This document shows, one piece after another, positions 1 to 12,020 of a DNA stretch of 64,000 nucleotides. Both the position numbers and the translations under genes were made by a program. The notes below the pieces were generated by a model. It saw nothing but the letters and a program-made list of their open reading frames with translations, had not been told where the DNA came from and searched no databases. The DNA comes from Eledone cirrhosa. Taxonomy: Eukaryota. The stretch's first letter is position 1. Each line of letters begins with the position of its first letter. Location of the stretch: positions 20,088,001 to 20,152,000 of the forward strand of contig OZ024761.1 of the NCBI GenBank assembly GCA_964016885.1, given 5' to 3'.

Positions 1-2446
1 TAGCAACTTCCTCTACATCATCATCATCATCATCATCATCATCAACAACAATATTGGCTTCACTCTCAGCAGGGGAAAGTTCTAATAGCAAAGGACTCAT
101 TTCCACAGAACTTGCCATCTTGCTGTAGATTTCATCATCTGCTTCCACTTTCGACTGGATGGGAAATAACTTACTGCCAGCTTGGTTCTGTCCAGAACTT
201 TCCGACACTGGAAAGGAACTCATTCTACCCGTATTGATCAGCTCTTTAGATTGGTTATTGTGTAAATCTGCTGAATCTACATTTGCTAAAGATTTCTGTT
301 CAAGATCAGCCAAACCTACGTCCTCATTATCTCCCACCTTGCCAGGTGTTTTCCTACATTCAACAGTCTTGTATTCTAGAGACTGTGAACTGACATTACC
401 AACCTTGATGTCAGGCGCCGCCAGTTCACAACTGCTTGGATCATCAACATCAATAGAACAAGGTGTATTGATCCGTTCACTGTCTATTGAGCTTGGCATT
501 GCAGCTTCTGTACTATCTACACTGCATGATGTATTCACCTGTTCACTGAGGACACTGCATGGGGTGTTTACCTGTTCACTGAGGACACTGCATGGGGTGT
601 CCACTTCCTCACTGTCAACAGAAAGAGGAGGGATAGCATTTTCACTTTCTTCTGTACAAGGAGTATTGATTCTCTCGCTGTCCACCGTACTCTGAGTATT
701 TGCATCTTCATTATCCACAGTATATGGTGTGTTAACCTGATCACTATCGACAGTACCTGGTGTGTTCACTGCCTCGCTGTCGACCGTACACGGAGTAGTC
801 ACACGTTCACTTTCCACAGTACTTTGTGTGTTCACATCCTCACTATCGAGAGTACTTCGTGTAGTGACATCCTCGCTGTCTATTGTGCTCTGTGTATTTA
901 CATCTTCGCTATCCGTGACATCGGCAAGTAACTCCACCTTAGTCACAGAAGAGTTCAGAAACTTTGTCTTGTTTGGCACCAAGACAGAACCGATTCTTTC
1001 ACTGTTAGACACGCTATCCAGCCCTATAACATTATTGACAGAATCGTCATTAACTGCTTCCTTGAAACAATCGGATATCTCACCTTCATAGACATCTTCA
1101 ACATCCAGTCTAAGACTGTCCACTGTGTTTTTCACCAACCTCTTAGAAGCTTCTTCTCCATTTCTGGTTGAAGTTGGTTCAAGTGTAGATGTCTTTGAGA
1201 AGCGAATATCTTTCGTCTCACATATTTTACTACTGTTATCGGCTGATTCAAACTTATTCGTTTGCTGAGCTACATTTTCAGCAGCATTAAGTCTGTGAGG
1301 AGACGGGTTATTTTTCACTTTCTTATATTTCTTAATTTTTAATTTATCCGATAGGGATTTTTTCAGTTTTTCGACCTTGCTGCTTGTAGTATCAAGTGTC
1401 TTGGGGACAGTTTTTTTACTTCCTTTCACAGGACCTGGTTTTTTCTTTATCACTATTTGGCCTTTCTTCTCACTTTCAGGATTGTCGTTTTTTTTACTTT
1501 TGCTTTTCCGTTTCGAGACAATGGCCGGAGTACTCTGGACAATTTTTTTTGCTTTACTTTTCTTCTTTGGATCTTCGCACTCGGCTTGAGGTATTTTCCG
1601 TTTCCTACTCGACTGACCACCAGATTTTTTAATCTTAATCAAAGTTTTTAGTTTAACCTTTTTAAGCCCAGTCCCACAGTTATCCCTGTTCTGTCCGAGT
1701 TTCTTAGACTTTGGCATTTTGCTGCTTTCACTGGTATCAGTCTCAGAGTTTGGAAACAATTTCTTTGTTTTAGACCCTTTGAGAACTTTATGCAAAGTTG
1801 AAGTTTTTAGTTTACTATTATTTACAGACTGTAGTTCTTTGGCAGCTTTCTTGCCAGCCCCTTTATTTTCTGTAGGGCACACCTTCTTTACTTTGCTAAT
1901 GATTCCCTTTTCTGTGTAAACCTTTCCAATCTTCTTACTCTTCGTTGTTGCTAACAACTTTGTTCCTTTAGATTTTTTCTTTTGTAACTTCTCCATTGCT
2001 GCTTTTGAAGTGTCTACGATTTCAAGGGCACGTTTGCTGATGCCCTTTTTTTTGCCAGTGGGAACTGGAGATTCAGGGTTCTTTGCTTTTCGGCCTCGTT
2101 TTTTGGCACCAACAGATGACAGCGGACCGGAGGTAGAAAGAGTGGCAGGGTTCTGTAAGGTTGCGGAAGTTGCTGCTGTACTGCCATCGCCGTCAACATT
2201 CCGATACTTTCGAGGACGTCCAGCTTTACGAACAACTTTGCCAGTGTTTGCAGCAGAGGCCTTCGGAGTTTGATTTCCAACATTTTCACTACTAGACTTT
2301 GAGGAAGACTTCTCCATCGATTTAGGAGTATCTTCTCCAGACTCTACCACCAATCTTCCTGGTCTGCCATTACTGTTGTTGCTCTTTAGTGCTTGCTCGG
2401 CCTTCGACACACGGCTACTCACACCACGCTTTTTGTTTGCAGACAT
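1..2446 (-). CDS. First coding exon (3' end outside the window, at least 815 aa) of a large, probably nuclear or chromatin-associated low-complexity protein
   Basis: Hand translation found no stop from ATG (cat 2444-2446, in-frame TGA two codons upstream) to position 2. It begins MSANKKRGVSSRVSKAEQALKS..., includes the AT-hook-like KAGRPRK (~2207-2227) and KKRGRKAK, a very Lys-rich middle, acidic 11-aa repeats, and ends ...DDDDDDDDDVEEVA at the window edge. No globular domain was recognised. Confidence 0.9.
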   Translation of the reverse strand, partial: MSANKKRGVSSRVSKAEQALKSNNSNGRPGRLVVESGEDTPKSMEKSSSKSSSENVGNQTPKASAANTGKVVRKAGRPRKYRNVDGDGSTAATSATLQNPATLSTSGPLSSVGAKKRGRKAKNPESPVPTGKKKGISKRALEIVDTSKAAMEKLQKKKSKGTKLLATTKSKKIGKVYTEKGIISKVKKVCPTENKGAGKKAAKELQSVNNSKLKTSTLHKVLKGSKTKKLFPNSETDTSESSKMPKSKKLGQNRDNCGTGLKKVKLKTLIKIKKSGGQSSRKRKIPQAECEDPKKKSKAKKIVQSTPAIVSKRKSKSKKNDNPESEKKGQIVIKKKPGPVKGSKKTVPKTLDTTSSKVEKLKKSLSDKLKIKKYKKVKNNPSPHRLNAAENVAQQTNKFESADNSSKICETKDIRFSKTSTLEPTSTRNGEEASKRLVKNTVDSLRLDVEDVYEGEISDCFKEAVNDDSVNNVIGLDSVSNSERIGSVLVPNKTKFLNSSVTKVELLADVTDSEDVNTQSTIDSEDVTTRSTLDSEDVNTQSTVESERVTTPCTVDSEAVNTPGTVDSDQVNTPYTVDNEDANTQSTVDSERINTPCTEESENAIPPLSVDSEEVDTPCSVLSEQVNTPCSVLSEQVNTSCSVDSTEAAMPSSIDSERINTPCSIDVDDPSSCELAAPDIKVGNVSSQSLEYKTVECRKTPGKVGDNEDVGLADLEQKSLANVDSADLHNNQSKELINTGRMSSFPVSESSGQNQAGSKLFPIQSKVEADDEIYSKMASSVEMSPLLLELSPAESEANIVVDDDDDDDDDVEEVA
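449..919 (-). repeat. Coding 33-bp/11-aa tandem repeat (~14 copies, consensus TVDSEDVNTPC)
   Basis: Successive units include VTDSEDVNTQS, TIDSEDVTTRS, TLDSEDVNTQS, TVESERVTTPC, TVDSEAVNTPG, TVDSDQVNTPY, SVLSEQVNTPC and SIDSERINTPC. Confidence 0.9.
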
Positions 2447-3384
2447 TTCTCACAAAACTTTAATAATTAATGTTGCTTTTCTATGATTTTAAGGCTCTTT
2501 CTTTGGATGGGTAGACAAAAGACATTGCTTTTATGGTTCTCATAGCAGCTTTTTTACAGTGTATCAGCAGTGGACCTAAAGGCTTAAAATATTTTTGCAG
2601 CAACACGACTGGATTGCATGGACAAAGCTACTTACAGTTCCCATATATACATCCACGAGCTTATTGATCTGGAAACATTACAATATACGAGTCATGGTCA
2701 ACATAAATAGTATTTACAGAGAGAATGTTTATAGTTACAGTGATAAAGACAAATTCCTTGGGCAACCGAGAGCTGTTTATATATATATATATGTATGTAT
2801 ATATATATATATATATGGTTGTGTTTATATATGTATATATATACACAAAATTGTTTTTAAATATTCCAGAAGGTTTTTTTAAAATGTAATCTGGTCAAAG
2901 AGATGAATGAAAATTCAGTAAAGAACTTTCTTTGTTTGATTGCAAAATAATACTTAATACTGTGTAAATTATATTCACAGAGCTTGAGGGGGGAAGAGGG
3001 CTTTTTTTGTTGGTGTTTGGTCTTGTTGCTGTTTGGTAGAATTCTCCACCTGTGTTTTGATATCTACATGTGTGTTAAAGCATCGACACTGGGCTGTTCT
3101 TTTGAGACCAATAGGATTGTAAGAGCTGAGGTCAAGAATTTACAGAGGCCAAAACAATGGTTCTTGGCTTTCTTGGGTTCCTGTTATATTGGCTGGGAGT
3201 AGTAGAAAACACAAACAGCTCCTCATATCAGCGCGGGGGGAAAAACAAGTTCCAGTGTTGCTGCACACACACACAGTCATACATACATACACACATACAC
3301 ACACACACACACTGGGTTTATCTGTTTTCTTGAGGTTTGTGACCTGCAACGAAAATAAAAAGAAAACCATATAAGATCTACAGC

Positions 3385-3388
<4 letters not shown>

Positions 3389-3478
<90 letters not shown>
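3389..3478 (+). repeat. (GA)n microsatellite
   Basis: Uninterrupted ~45-unit GA run. Confidence 0.98.
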
Positions 3479-3480
<2 letters not shown>

Positions 3481-3657
3481 GGGTTGGGGTGATCAGATTG
3501 AACCAAGGCAACAATATTTCCATTGCTCTCTCCATAACAACATGAAATGTTTTGTTCAAGTACACACCCACCACCTGGTCCTGAAATTAAACCCATGACA
3601 TTATGAAAGTAAGTCCAAAACACAACACCCTAACCACTTGACCATGTGTCTTCACAT

Positions 3658-3850
3658 ATACAAGGGTCACCTGAAAAACTTGTAGGCTGACTATGAAGGA
3701 ATGATGCTAGAGTTGTGAAATCTTGCACAGCATTAATTTCAACTCTTCTTATTAATAATAACTGAATTGTTTCTTTCCAGGGATTATGTTGAAAAAGAAA
3801 CCTCTTTTGGTCATTCCATGAGTAACTTGGTCAGCTGACCTTTCTACAGC
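3658..3850 (+). mobile_element. Decayed mariner-derived non-autonomous element
   Basis: Starts TA-CAAGGG...GAAAAACTT (mariner-type TIR look) and keeps GATTATGTTGAAAAA (DYVEK, like the mariner transposase C-terminus) close to its right end. Confidence 0.5.
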
Positions 3851-5529
3851 TAATGTATATCATTAATATTTCAAAAATTCAAAAAGAAATACAAACAATG
3901 ATGATTATATGAAGCCCAACACATAACAGAGTTCAAATCCCGCTAAGGTCAACTTTACTTTTCATCCATTCGAGATTGACAAAAAAAGTACCAGTCAAGT
4001 ACTGGGGTTGATTCTTCCCTCTATATCTCTTTCTCACGTCCATTAAAGTACCAGTCAAGTACTGGGGCTGATTCTTTGGAGCGGCACACATACAACACTT
4101 TAAAAAACATTCACTAGTTTTAAAATGTCTTATGCAATTCTCTGCAAATTCCTATGTTGAATATCCATCACAGACTGTGATGATGATGTGCTAACCTGAT
4201 CTACATATATTCATTGATTAACAATAGAAATATTGAAATGACGGACAGTTTGATGATCTGAATATTAAAGATAACTAATTATCATTTATCTTAGTTTCCC
4301 CGTTAACAATTTCTTCTCATTATTGTTTAAAGTCTGAGATATTTCTTAAAGAAAACTGTTCAGTTAAAAACAAGAAAAATATCATCACATGTTAGGAAGG
4401 GGGCAAGGTTGTAATTTCAAAGAGCTGACAAAAACATTTTGTGCAGACCAAGTTTTCCCCCACCCCTCATTCTATATTAGTGTGTGTGTGTGTGTGTGTG
4501 TGTATATCAGGTATGAATCGAAGTTGTAGCTGCCATATAGCAGGTACTAATCAAGTTGTTTGAGGCAGTCACAAAGCACTCAATAGAGCGGTATATTAAT
4601 GCATTACCGTCCAGAGTAAAGGCAACAGTTAAAAAGTGACACAAAGAAAAACAACCGAAGGCAGTGGCCGTATATATACAACAACAAATACAGACAGGTA
4701 TGTCTGTGAACACACCTTGAAGACAACTTACTTCTGTAGACATGTAATAGACACCAGACTGTTGTAATATCATCTCTAATTTATTATCTTACTTCCACTA
4801 AGAATGTACAAGGACCAGAATGTTTGGATTAAATCAGCAGGTCTTGTATTGAGAATTATAGAAATTCTACACCATTTTCAGCACCACCACATCCTCCACA
4901 CACAGTTCCCAGCCACACCAGTTCCACCACCATCACCCCCACCAGTTATATATAGTACTTACCTAAAGGTAGTCTTCCTTACAACAACAACAACAACCTA
5001 CAACACCATTGTCTCAGCTCAGATATCACAGCAGCTCTCACTTCACTGAAGAACATTTATTCCTTATCTTTCACAGAACAGTTCAATAGTAGATCAGTGA
5101 TTCCATTAAAATCCCTCATGCAATCCTCTCAAACACACCAAGAAACAATACACCATTTCTATGGTTAATGTCGTAGCTAAGAAACTAACAGTTGCCATTG
5201 AAAACTAGGTGATATTTCACCCAATCTTGTAACTTCTTCAGTTTTAAAAGAATGGGTTAGATAGATACCTACATTTACAAATACGCAGAACGAAGGCCAA
5301 GTTTTCTGTCGTTATCCCACCCCCTACTCCATATGTAGATTCTTCACAAATTTATAGATAACTATCAGTAAGCTACACACACACACACACTATATATATA
5401 TATATGCAGTAATACAGAAGACCCACCTTCCCTTACGTACAAACTTAAACCTAGTCAATAGGCACCTCTTAACCCAATATACATCCCACCCCACACACCC
5501 TACTCCATCCTCCCACTTCCACCCACACC

Positions 5530-5846
5530 ACCCTTTCTCTGTAAAGTTATGTTGTTACCACAGAACATCCAGCCCACACGATTGGTCATGTAGGTGTCAC
5601 AACAAAAAGGCACCCAGTCCACACTGTAAAGTGGTCATGTAGGAGACACGGTAAAAAAGCACCCAGTCCACACTGTAAATGTGGTTGCTGTTAGGAAGGG
5701 CATCCAGCCATAGAAACCTAGCCAGAAACAGTTCTGTATGAGGGAGACACGGTCACCTGACCAATCTTGCTTCAAGTGGGACAAACCCGTCTAACCCATG
5801 CTAGCGTGGAAGATGGCCGTTAAACGATGATGATGATGATAATGAT
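5530..5846 (+). mobile_element. RTE-LINE 3'UTR/tail fragment
   Basis: Matches the 3'UTRs at 32530-32870 and 51890-52147 (AAAAAGCACCCAGTCCACACTGTAAA repeats, GTTAGGAAGGGCATCCAGC, CCCATGCTAGCGTGGAA) and ends in a (GAT)n tail. Confidence 0.8.
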
Positions 5847-5854
5847 ATATAAAT

Positions 5855-5885
<31 letters not shown>

Positions 5886-5911
5886 CAGCTATAGCATAGA
5901 GTGCTAATATT

Positions 5912-6009
5912 CAAGTTGGCCCTCCTGTACTTCCATAGTTTCAACAAAGGCTGGATCAACAAGTTGGCCCTCCTGTACTTCCATAGTTTCAACAAAGGCT
6001 GGATCAACA
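5912..6009 (+). repeat. Exact 48-bp direct duplication
   Basis: CAAGTTGGCCCTCCTGTACTTCCATAGTTTCAACAAAGGCTGGATCAA occurs at 5912 and 5960. Confidence 0.95.
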
Positions 6010-6633
6010 GACCAGTCGGGTCAGAAAAGATAAACACTTTGGCTGCCTTTATTTTAATAATGAAATTATTGTGTACAGTGCTCAGGTGCACTACAACTTT
6101 ATAGTCTATTGTTGCTTTGTAGCCTATACTGGAATGTAGTGTGTTTGTGTGTGTATATATAAACACAGACATAGACATAGCCACAAACAGATATATACAG
6201 ACACATATAGAGAGAGATGGATAGACACAGACACATATATATATAAAAGATAAACACAATCATAGACAGATAGGTAGATATATATATAAATGTATATAGA
6301 CATATATATATGAGAGAGAGAGAGAAGAAAAAGGTCCCTTACACAACACTAAAATAATAAATAGTATTGTAATGAGCTCACTTACTCAAGTGTAGTATCT
6401 AGGACTTTTACTGAGAAAGATTATCATCGTAAATCTGCTGAGTGTAAATTAAGAAGACTTCTACGAGATACACACACACATATATAGCAAGCTAGCAATA
6501 CTAGCGCTATACTAGCAGACTAAAGAGATTACCAATATATACTTGAGAGTAGAGTTGTGAGGAAGACAGACTTAGCAGAATAAAATATAGACAAAAGAAT
6601 GTGTTACTGTTCTCATATTCTACTAATCCAATT

Positions 6634-9600
6634 TTAACCCTTTCACTACCATATTTCTAATGAAAGACACTGGCTATGTCATTAACCCTTTCACTACCAT
6701 ATTTCTAATGAAAGACACTGCCTATGTCATTAACCCTTTCACTACCATATTTCTAATGAAAGACACTGGCTATGTCATTAACCCTTTCACTACCATATTT
6801 CTAATGAAAGACACTGTCTATGTCATTAACCCTTTCACTACCATATTTCTAATGAAAGACACTGGCTATGTCATTAACCCTTTCATTACCATATTTCTAA
6901 TGAAAGACACTGTCTAAGTCATTAACCCTTTCACTTCCATATTTCTAATGAAAGACGCTGGCTATGTCATTAACCCTTTCACTACCATATTTCTAATGAA
7001 AGACACTGCCTATGTCATTAACCCTTTCATTACCATATTTCTAATGAAAGACACTGTCTATGTCATTAACCCTTTCACTACCATATTTCTAATGAAAGAC
7101 ACTGTCTATGTCATTAACCCTTTCATTACCATATTTCTAATGAAAGACACTGCCTATGTCATTAACCCTTTCATTACCATATTTCTAATGAAAGACACTG
7201 TCTATGTCATTAACCCTTTCACTACCATATTTCTAATGAAAGACACTGTCTATGTCATTAACCCTTTCATTACCATATTTCTAATGAAAGACACTGTCTA
7301 TGTCATTAACCCTTTCACTACCATATTTCTAATGAAAGACACTGTCTATGTCATTAACCCTTTCATTACCATATTTCTAATGAAAGACACTGTCTATGTC
7401 ATTAACCCTTTCACTACCATATTTCTAATGAAAGACACTGGCTATGTCATTAACCCTTTCATTACCATATTTCTAATGAAAGACACTGTCTATGTCATTA
7501 ACCCTTTCACTACCATATTTCTAATGAAAGACACTGTCTATGTCATTAACCCTTTCATTACCATATTTCTAATGAAAGACACTGTCTATGTCATTAACCC
7601 TTTCACTACCATATTTCTAATGAAAGACACTGTCTATGTCATTAACCCTTTCACTACCATATTTCTAATGAAAGACACTGGCTATGTCATTAACCCTTTC
7701 ATTACCATATTTCTAATGAAAGACACTGTCTATGTCATTAACCCTTTCACTACCATATTTCTAATGAAAGACACTGTCTATGTCATTAACCCTTTCATTA
7801 CCATATTTCTAATGAAAGACACTGTCTATGTCATTAACCCTTTCATTACCATATTTCTAATGAAAGACACTGTCTATGTCATTAACCCTTTCACTACCAT
7901 ATTTCCAATGAAAGACACTGTCTATGTCATTAACACTTTCATTAGCATATTTCTAATGAAAGACACTGCCTATGTCATTAACCCTTTCATTACCATATTT
8001 CTAATGAAAGACACTGTCTATGTCATTAACCCTTTCATTACCATATTTCTAATGAAAGACACTGTCTATGTCATTAACCCTTTCACTACCATATTTCCAA
8101 TGAAAGACACTGTCTATGTCATTAACCCTTTCACTACCATATTTCTAATGAAAGACACTGTCTATGTCATTAACCCTTTCATTACCATATTTCTAATGAA
8201 AGACACTGTCTATGTCATTAACCCTTTCACTACCATATTTCTAATGAAAGACACTGCCTATGTCATTAACACTTTCACTACCATATTTCCAATGAAAGAC
8301 ACTGTCTATGTCATTAACCCTTTCATTACCATATTTCTAATGAAAGACACTGTCTATGTCATTAACACTTTCACTACCATATTTCCAATGAAAGACACTG
8401 TCTATGTCATTAACACTTTCATTAGCATATTTCTAATGAAAGACACTGCCTATGTCATTAACCCTTTCATTACCATATTTCTAATGAAAGACACTGTCTA
8501 TGTCATTAACCCTTTCATTACCATATTTCTAATGAAAGACACTGTCTATGTCATTAACCCTTTCACTACCATATTTCCAATGAAAGACACTGTCTATGTC
8601 ATTAACCCTTTCACTACCATATTTCTAATGAAAGACACTGTCTATGTCATTAACCCTTTCATTACCATATTTCTAATGAAAGACACTGTCTATGTCATTA
8701 ACCCTTTCACTACCATATTTCTAATGAAAGACACTGCCTATGTCATTAACACTTTCACTACCATATTTCCAATGAAAGACACTGTCTATGTCATTAACCC
8801 TTTCATTACCATATTTCTAATGAAAGACACTGTCTATGTCATTAACCCTTTCATTACCATATTTCTAATGAAAGACACTGTCTATGTCATTAACCCTTTC
8901 ATTACCATATTTCTAATGAAAGACACTGTCTATGTCATTAACCCTTTCACTACCATATTTCTAATGAAAGACACTGTCTATGTCATTAACCCTTTCATTA
9001 CCATATTTCTAATGAAAGACACTGTCTATGTCATTAACCCTTTCACTACCATATTTCTAATGAAAGACACTGGCTATGTCATTAACCCTTTCATTACCAT
9101 ATTTCTAATGAAAGACACTGTCTAAGTCATTAACCCTTTCACTTCCATATTTCTAATGAAAGACGCTGGCTATGTCATTAACCCTTTCACTACCATATTT
9201 CTAATGAAAGACACTGCCTATGTCATTAACCCTTTCATTACCATATTTCTAATGAAAGACACTGTCTATGTCATTAACCCTTTCACTACCATATTTCTAA
9301 TGAAAGACACTGTCTATGTCATTAACCCTTTCATTACCATATTTCTAATGAAAGACAGTCTATGTCATTAACCCTTTCATTACCATATTTCTAATGAAAG
9401 ACACTGTCTATGTCATTAACCCTTTCATTACCATATTTCTAATGAAAGACACTGTCTATGTCATTAACCCTTTCACTACCATATTTCTAATGAAAGACAC
9501 TGTCTATGTCATTAACCCTTTCACTACCATATTTCTAATGAAAGACACTGGCTATGTCATTAACCCTTTCATTACCATATTTCTAATGAAAGACACTGTC

Positions 9601-11138
9601 TATGTCATTAACCCTTTCACTACCATATTTCTAATGAAAGACACTGTCTATGTCATTAACCCTTTCATTACCATATTTCTAATGAAAGACAGTCTATGTC
9701 ATTAACCCTTTCATTACCATATTTTTAATGAAAGACACTGTCTATGTCATTAACCCTTTCATTACCATATTTCTAATGAAAGACACTGTCTATGTCATTA
9801 ACCCTTTCACTACCATATTTCTAATGAAAGACACTGTCTATGTCATTAACCCTTTCACTACCATATTTCTAATGAAAGACACTGGCTATGTCATTAACCC
9901 TTTCATTACCATATTTCTAATGAAAGACACTGTCTATGTCATTAACCCTTTCACTACCATATTTCCAATGAAAGACACTGTCTATGTCATTAACACTTTC
10001 ATTAGCATATTTCTAATGAAAGACACTGCCTATGTCATTAACCCTTTCATTACCATATTTCTAATGAAAGACACTGTCTATGTCATTAACCCTTTCATTA
10101 CCATATTTCTAATGAAAGACACTGTCTATGTCATTAACCCTTTCACTACCATATTTCTAATGAAAGACACTGTCTATGTCATTAACCCTTTCATAACCAT
10201 ATTTCTAATGAAAGACACTGTCTATGTCATTAACCCTTTCATTACCATATTTCTAATGAAAGACACTGTCTATGTCATTAACCCTTTCACTACCATATTT
10301 CTAATGAAAGACACTGTCTATGTCATTAACCCTTTCACTACCATATTTCCAATGAAAGACACTGTCTATGTCATTAACCCTTTCATAACCATATTTCTAA
10401 TGAAAGACACTGTCTATGTCATTAACCCTTTCATAACCATATTTCTAATGAAAGACACTGTCTATGTCATTAACCCTTTCATTACCATATTTCTAATGAA
10501 AGACACTGTCTATGTCATTAACCCTTTCATTACCATATTTCTAATGAAAGACACTGTCTATGTCATTAACCCTTTCACTACCATATTTCCAATGAAAGAC
10601 ACTGTCTATGTCATTAACACTTTCATTAGCATATTTCTAATGAAAGACACTGCCTATGTCATTAACCCTTTCACTACCATATTTCCAATGAAAGACACTG
10701 TCTATGTCATTAACCCTTTCACTACCATATTTCTAATGAAAGACACTGTCTATGTCATTAACCCTTTCATTACCATATTTCTAATGAAAGACACTGTCTA
10801 TGTCATTAACCCTTTCACTACCATATTTCTAATGAAAGACACTGCCTATGTCATTAACACTTTCACTACCATATTTCCAATGAAAGACACTGTCTATGTC
10901 ATTAACCCTTTCATTACCATATTTCTAATGAAAGACACTGTCTATGTCATTAACCCTTTCACTACCATATTTCCAATGAAAGACACTGTCTATGTCATTA
11001 ACCCTTTCATAACCATATTTCTAATGAAAGACACTGTCTATGTCATTAACCCTTTCATAACCATATTTCTAATGAAAGATACTGTCTATGTCATTAACCC
11101 TTTCATAACCATATTTCTAATGAAAGACACTGCCTATG
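6634..11138 (+). repeat. 48-bp satellite array, ~94 copies
   Basis: Unit TTAACCCTTTCAYTACCATATTTCTAATGAAAGACACTGTCTATGTCA over 4505 bp, with two 46-bp deletion variants (~9354, ~9688). Confidence 0.99.
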
Positions 11139-11346
11139 TTTTTAAAATAATCAAGAATTTGGTCATATTTAGTAATATAATTAACTCTCATTATATATAT
11201 ACATCTGGTGTTTGGAACATAACTCAACAAAGGTTATTACATAAAACAATCAAGGAAGGTGTTAGATATATATAAAAACACTTTAAAACAGTTTTATATC
11301 CCAGAACCAGGTGCTGTTTCATGCTGTTTGAAACCAAATGAGTTAA
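6634..11346 (+). mobile_element. TTAA-flanked piggyBac-like MITE whose left end is expanded into the satellite
   Basis: After the last unit the sequence continues into the element body seen in dispersed copies (...CTGGTGTTTGGAACATAAC...AAAGGTT...AAACACTTTAAAACAG...) and ends AAATGAG-TTAA at 11346. Confidence 0.75.
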
Positions 11347-11753
11347 CACTTTAGATACAAACAAATGTATTTTGAAAATAATGGAAGATTTGGATGAATT
11401 TACTGAAATAGATCAACTATTTCATTAAATTGATGTTTGGAGAATTACTTAATAAAAGACTCTTGCATAAGATTAAGGAAGATTTTAATTAAATATGAAC
11501 ACTTTAAGCCTTATATTTTCTGGTGAAATATACTGGTTGTTTTGATTAATTTTGAAAACAACCAAGAATTTGGTGAGGTTTAGTTAAATAACAAGCTGTG
11601 TTGTTGTTAAGCTGGGGATTTGAACATAACTTAAAAGTTCTTACATAAATTTATGATAAAAGATTTGAATTTAAATATAAACACTTTAAAATGAGTAGTT
11701 TTCTATTATAAAACCTGGGGCAATTTCTTGAAGGTTGGAATTAAAAGGGTTAA
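11343..11753 (+). mobile_element. Further decayed TTAA-MITE copies abutting the satellite element
   Basis: Starts at the shared TTAA-CACTTT, carries the family body motifs and ends AAAAGGG-TTAA at 11753. Confidence 0.6.
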
Positions 11754-11769
11754 ATACTAACACTAGGTT

Positions 11770-12020
11770 AAAGGTAAAGACCCCATTCAATGAGATTTGC
11801 ACCTAGAAAGTTCCCCTCCTAGACACCAGGCAAGGTTGTTTGTGGAAGACCAACAGTCTCCCATGTATGCCAGTTTCCAGTAACGTCGCAACCCATTTCT
11901 ACAGTTGAGTAAACTGGTGTAACATGTAATAAAGTGTCTTGCTCAAGGACAAATCACCCAGTCCAGGAACTGAACTCACAACCTTATGATTGCAAGCCCA
12001 ATGTTCTAACCACTAAGCCA
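11770..12020 (-). mobile_element. tRNA-derived SINE (family C), internally deleted
   Basis: Reverse strand reads TGGCTTAGTGG (A box), GAGTTCAGTTCC (B-box-like) and TCCTTGAGCAAGACACTT; body is similar to 49850-50175. Confidence 0.75.

Larger units (their letters stand above)
2576..4963 (-). other. Candidate 5'UTR exon/intron boundaries of the minus-strand gene
   Basis: Minus-strand splice signals: donor AG|GTAAGT at 4963/4962; strong acceptor TTTTATTTTCGTTGCAG|G at 3344/3343; donor CT|GTAAGT at 2636/2635; acceptor TTTAG|G at 2576/2575. Motifs only, no transcript data. Confidence 0.4.

Noticed and set aside
159-2273. Plus-strand ORFs overlapping the exon
   Set aside because: Antisense shadows of the continuous minus-strand frame.
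4541-4639. Peptide QVLIKLFEAVTKHSIERYINALPSRVKATVKK resembling a Tc1 transposase C-terminus
   Set aside because: Only ~30 aa of weak resemblance, with no DDE motifs or TIR found nearby.
5212-5241. Minus-strand CTGAAGA...GAAA as another hammerhead
   Set aside because: The intervening sequence cannot form stem II.
6634-11138. CRISPR array or interstitial telomere (TAACCC in each unit)
   Set aside because: No unique spacers or cas genes and the context is eukaryotic; there is only one TAACCC per unit, explained by TTAA plus the CCC terminus.
6660-11275. Long ORFs (725 aa, 515 aa) of MKDTVYVINPFTTIFL repeats
   Set aside because: By-product of a stop-free 48-bp unit divisible by 3; stops and frameshifting deletions are tolerated within the array, and the unit derives from a MITE end.
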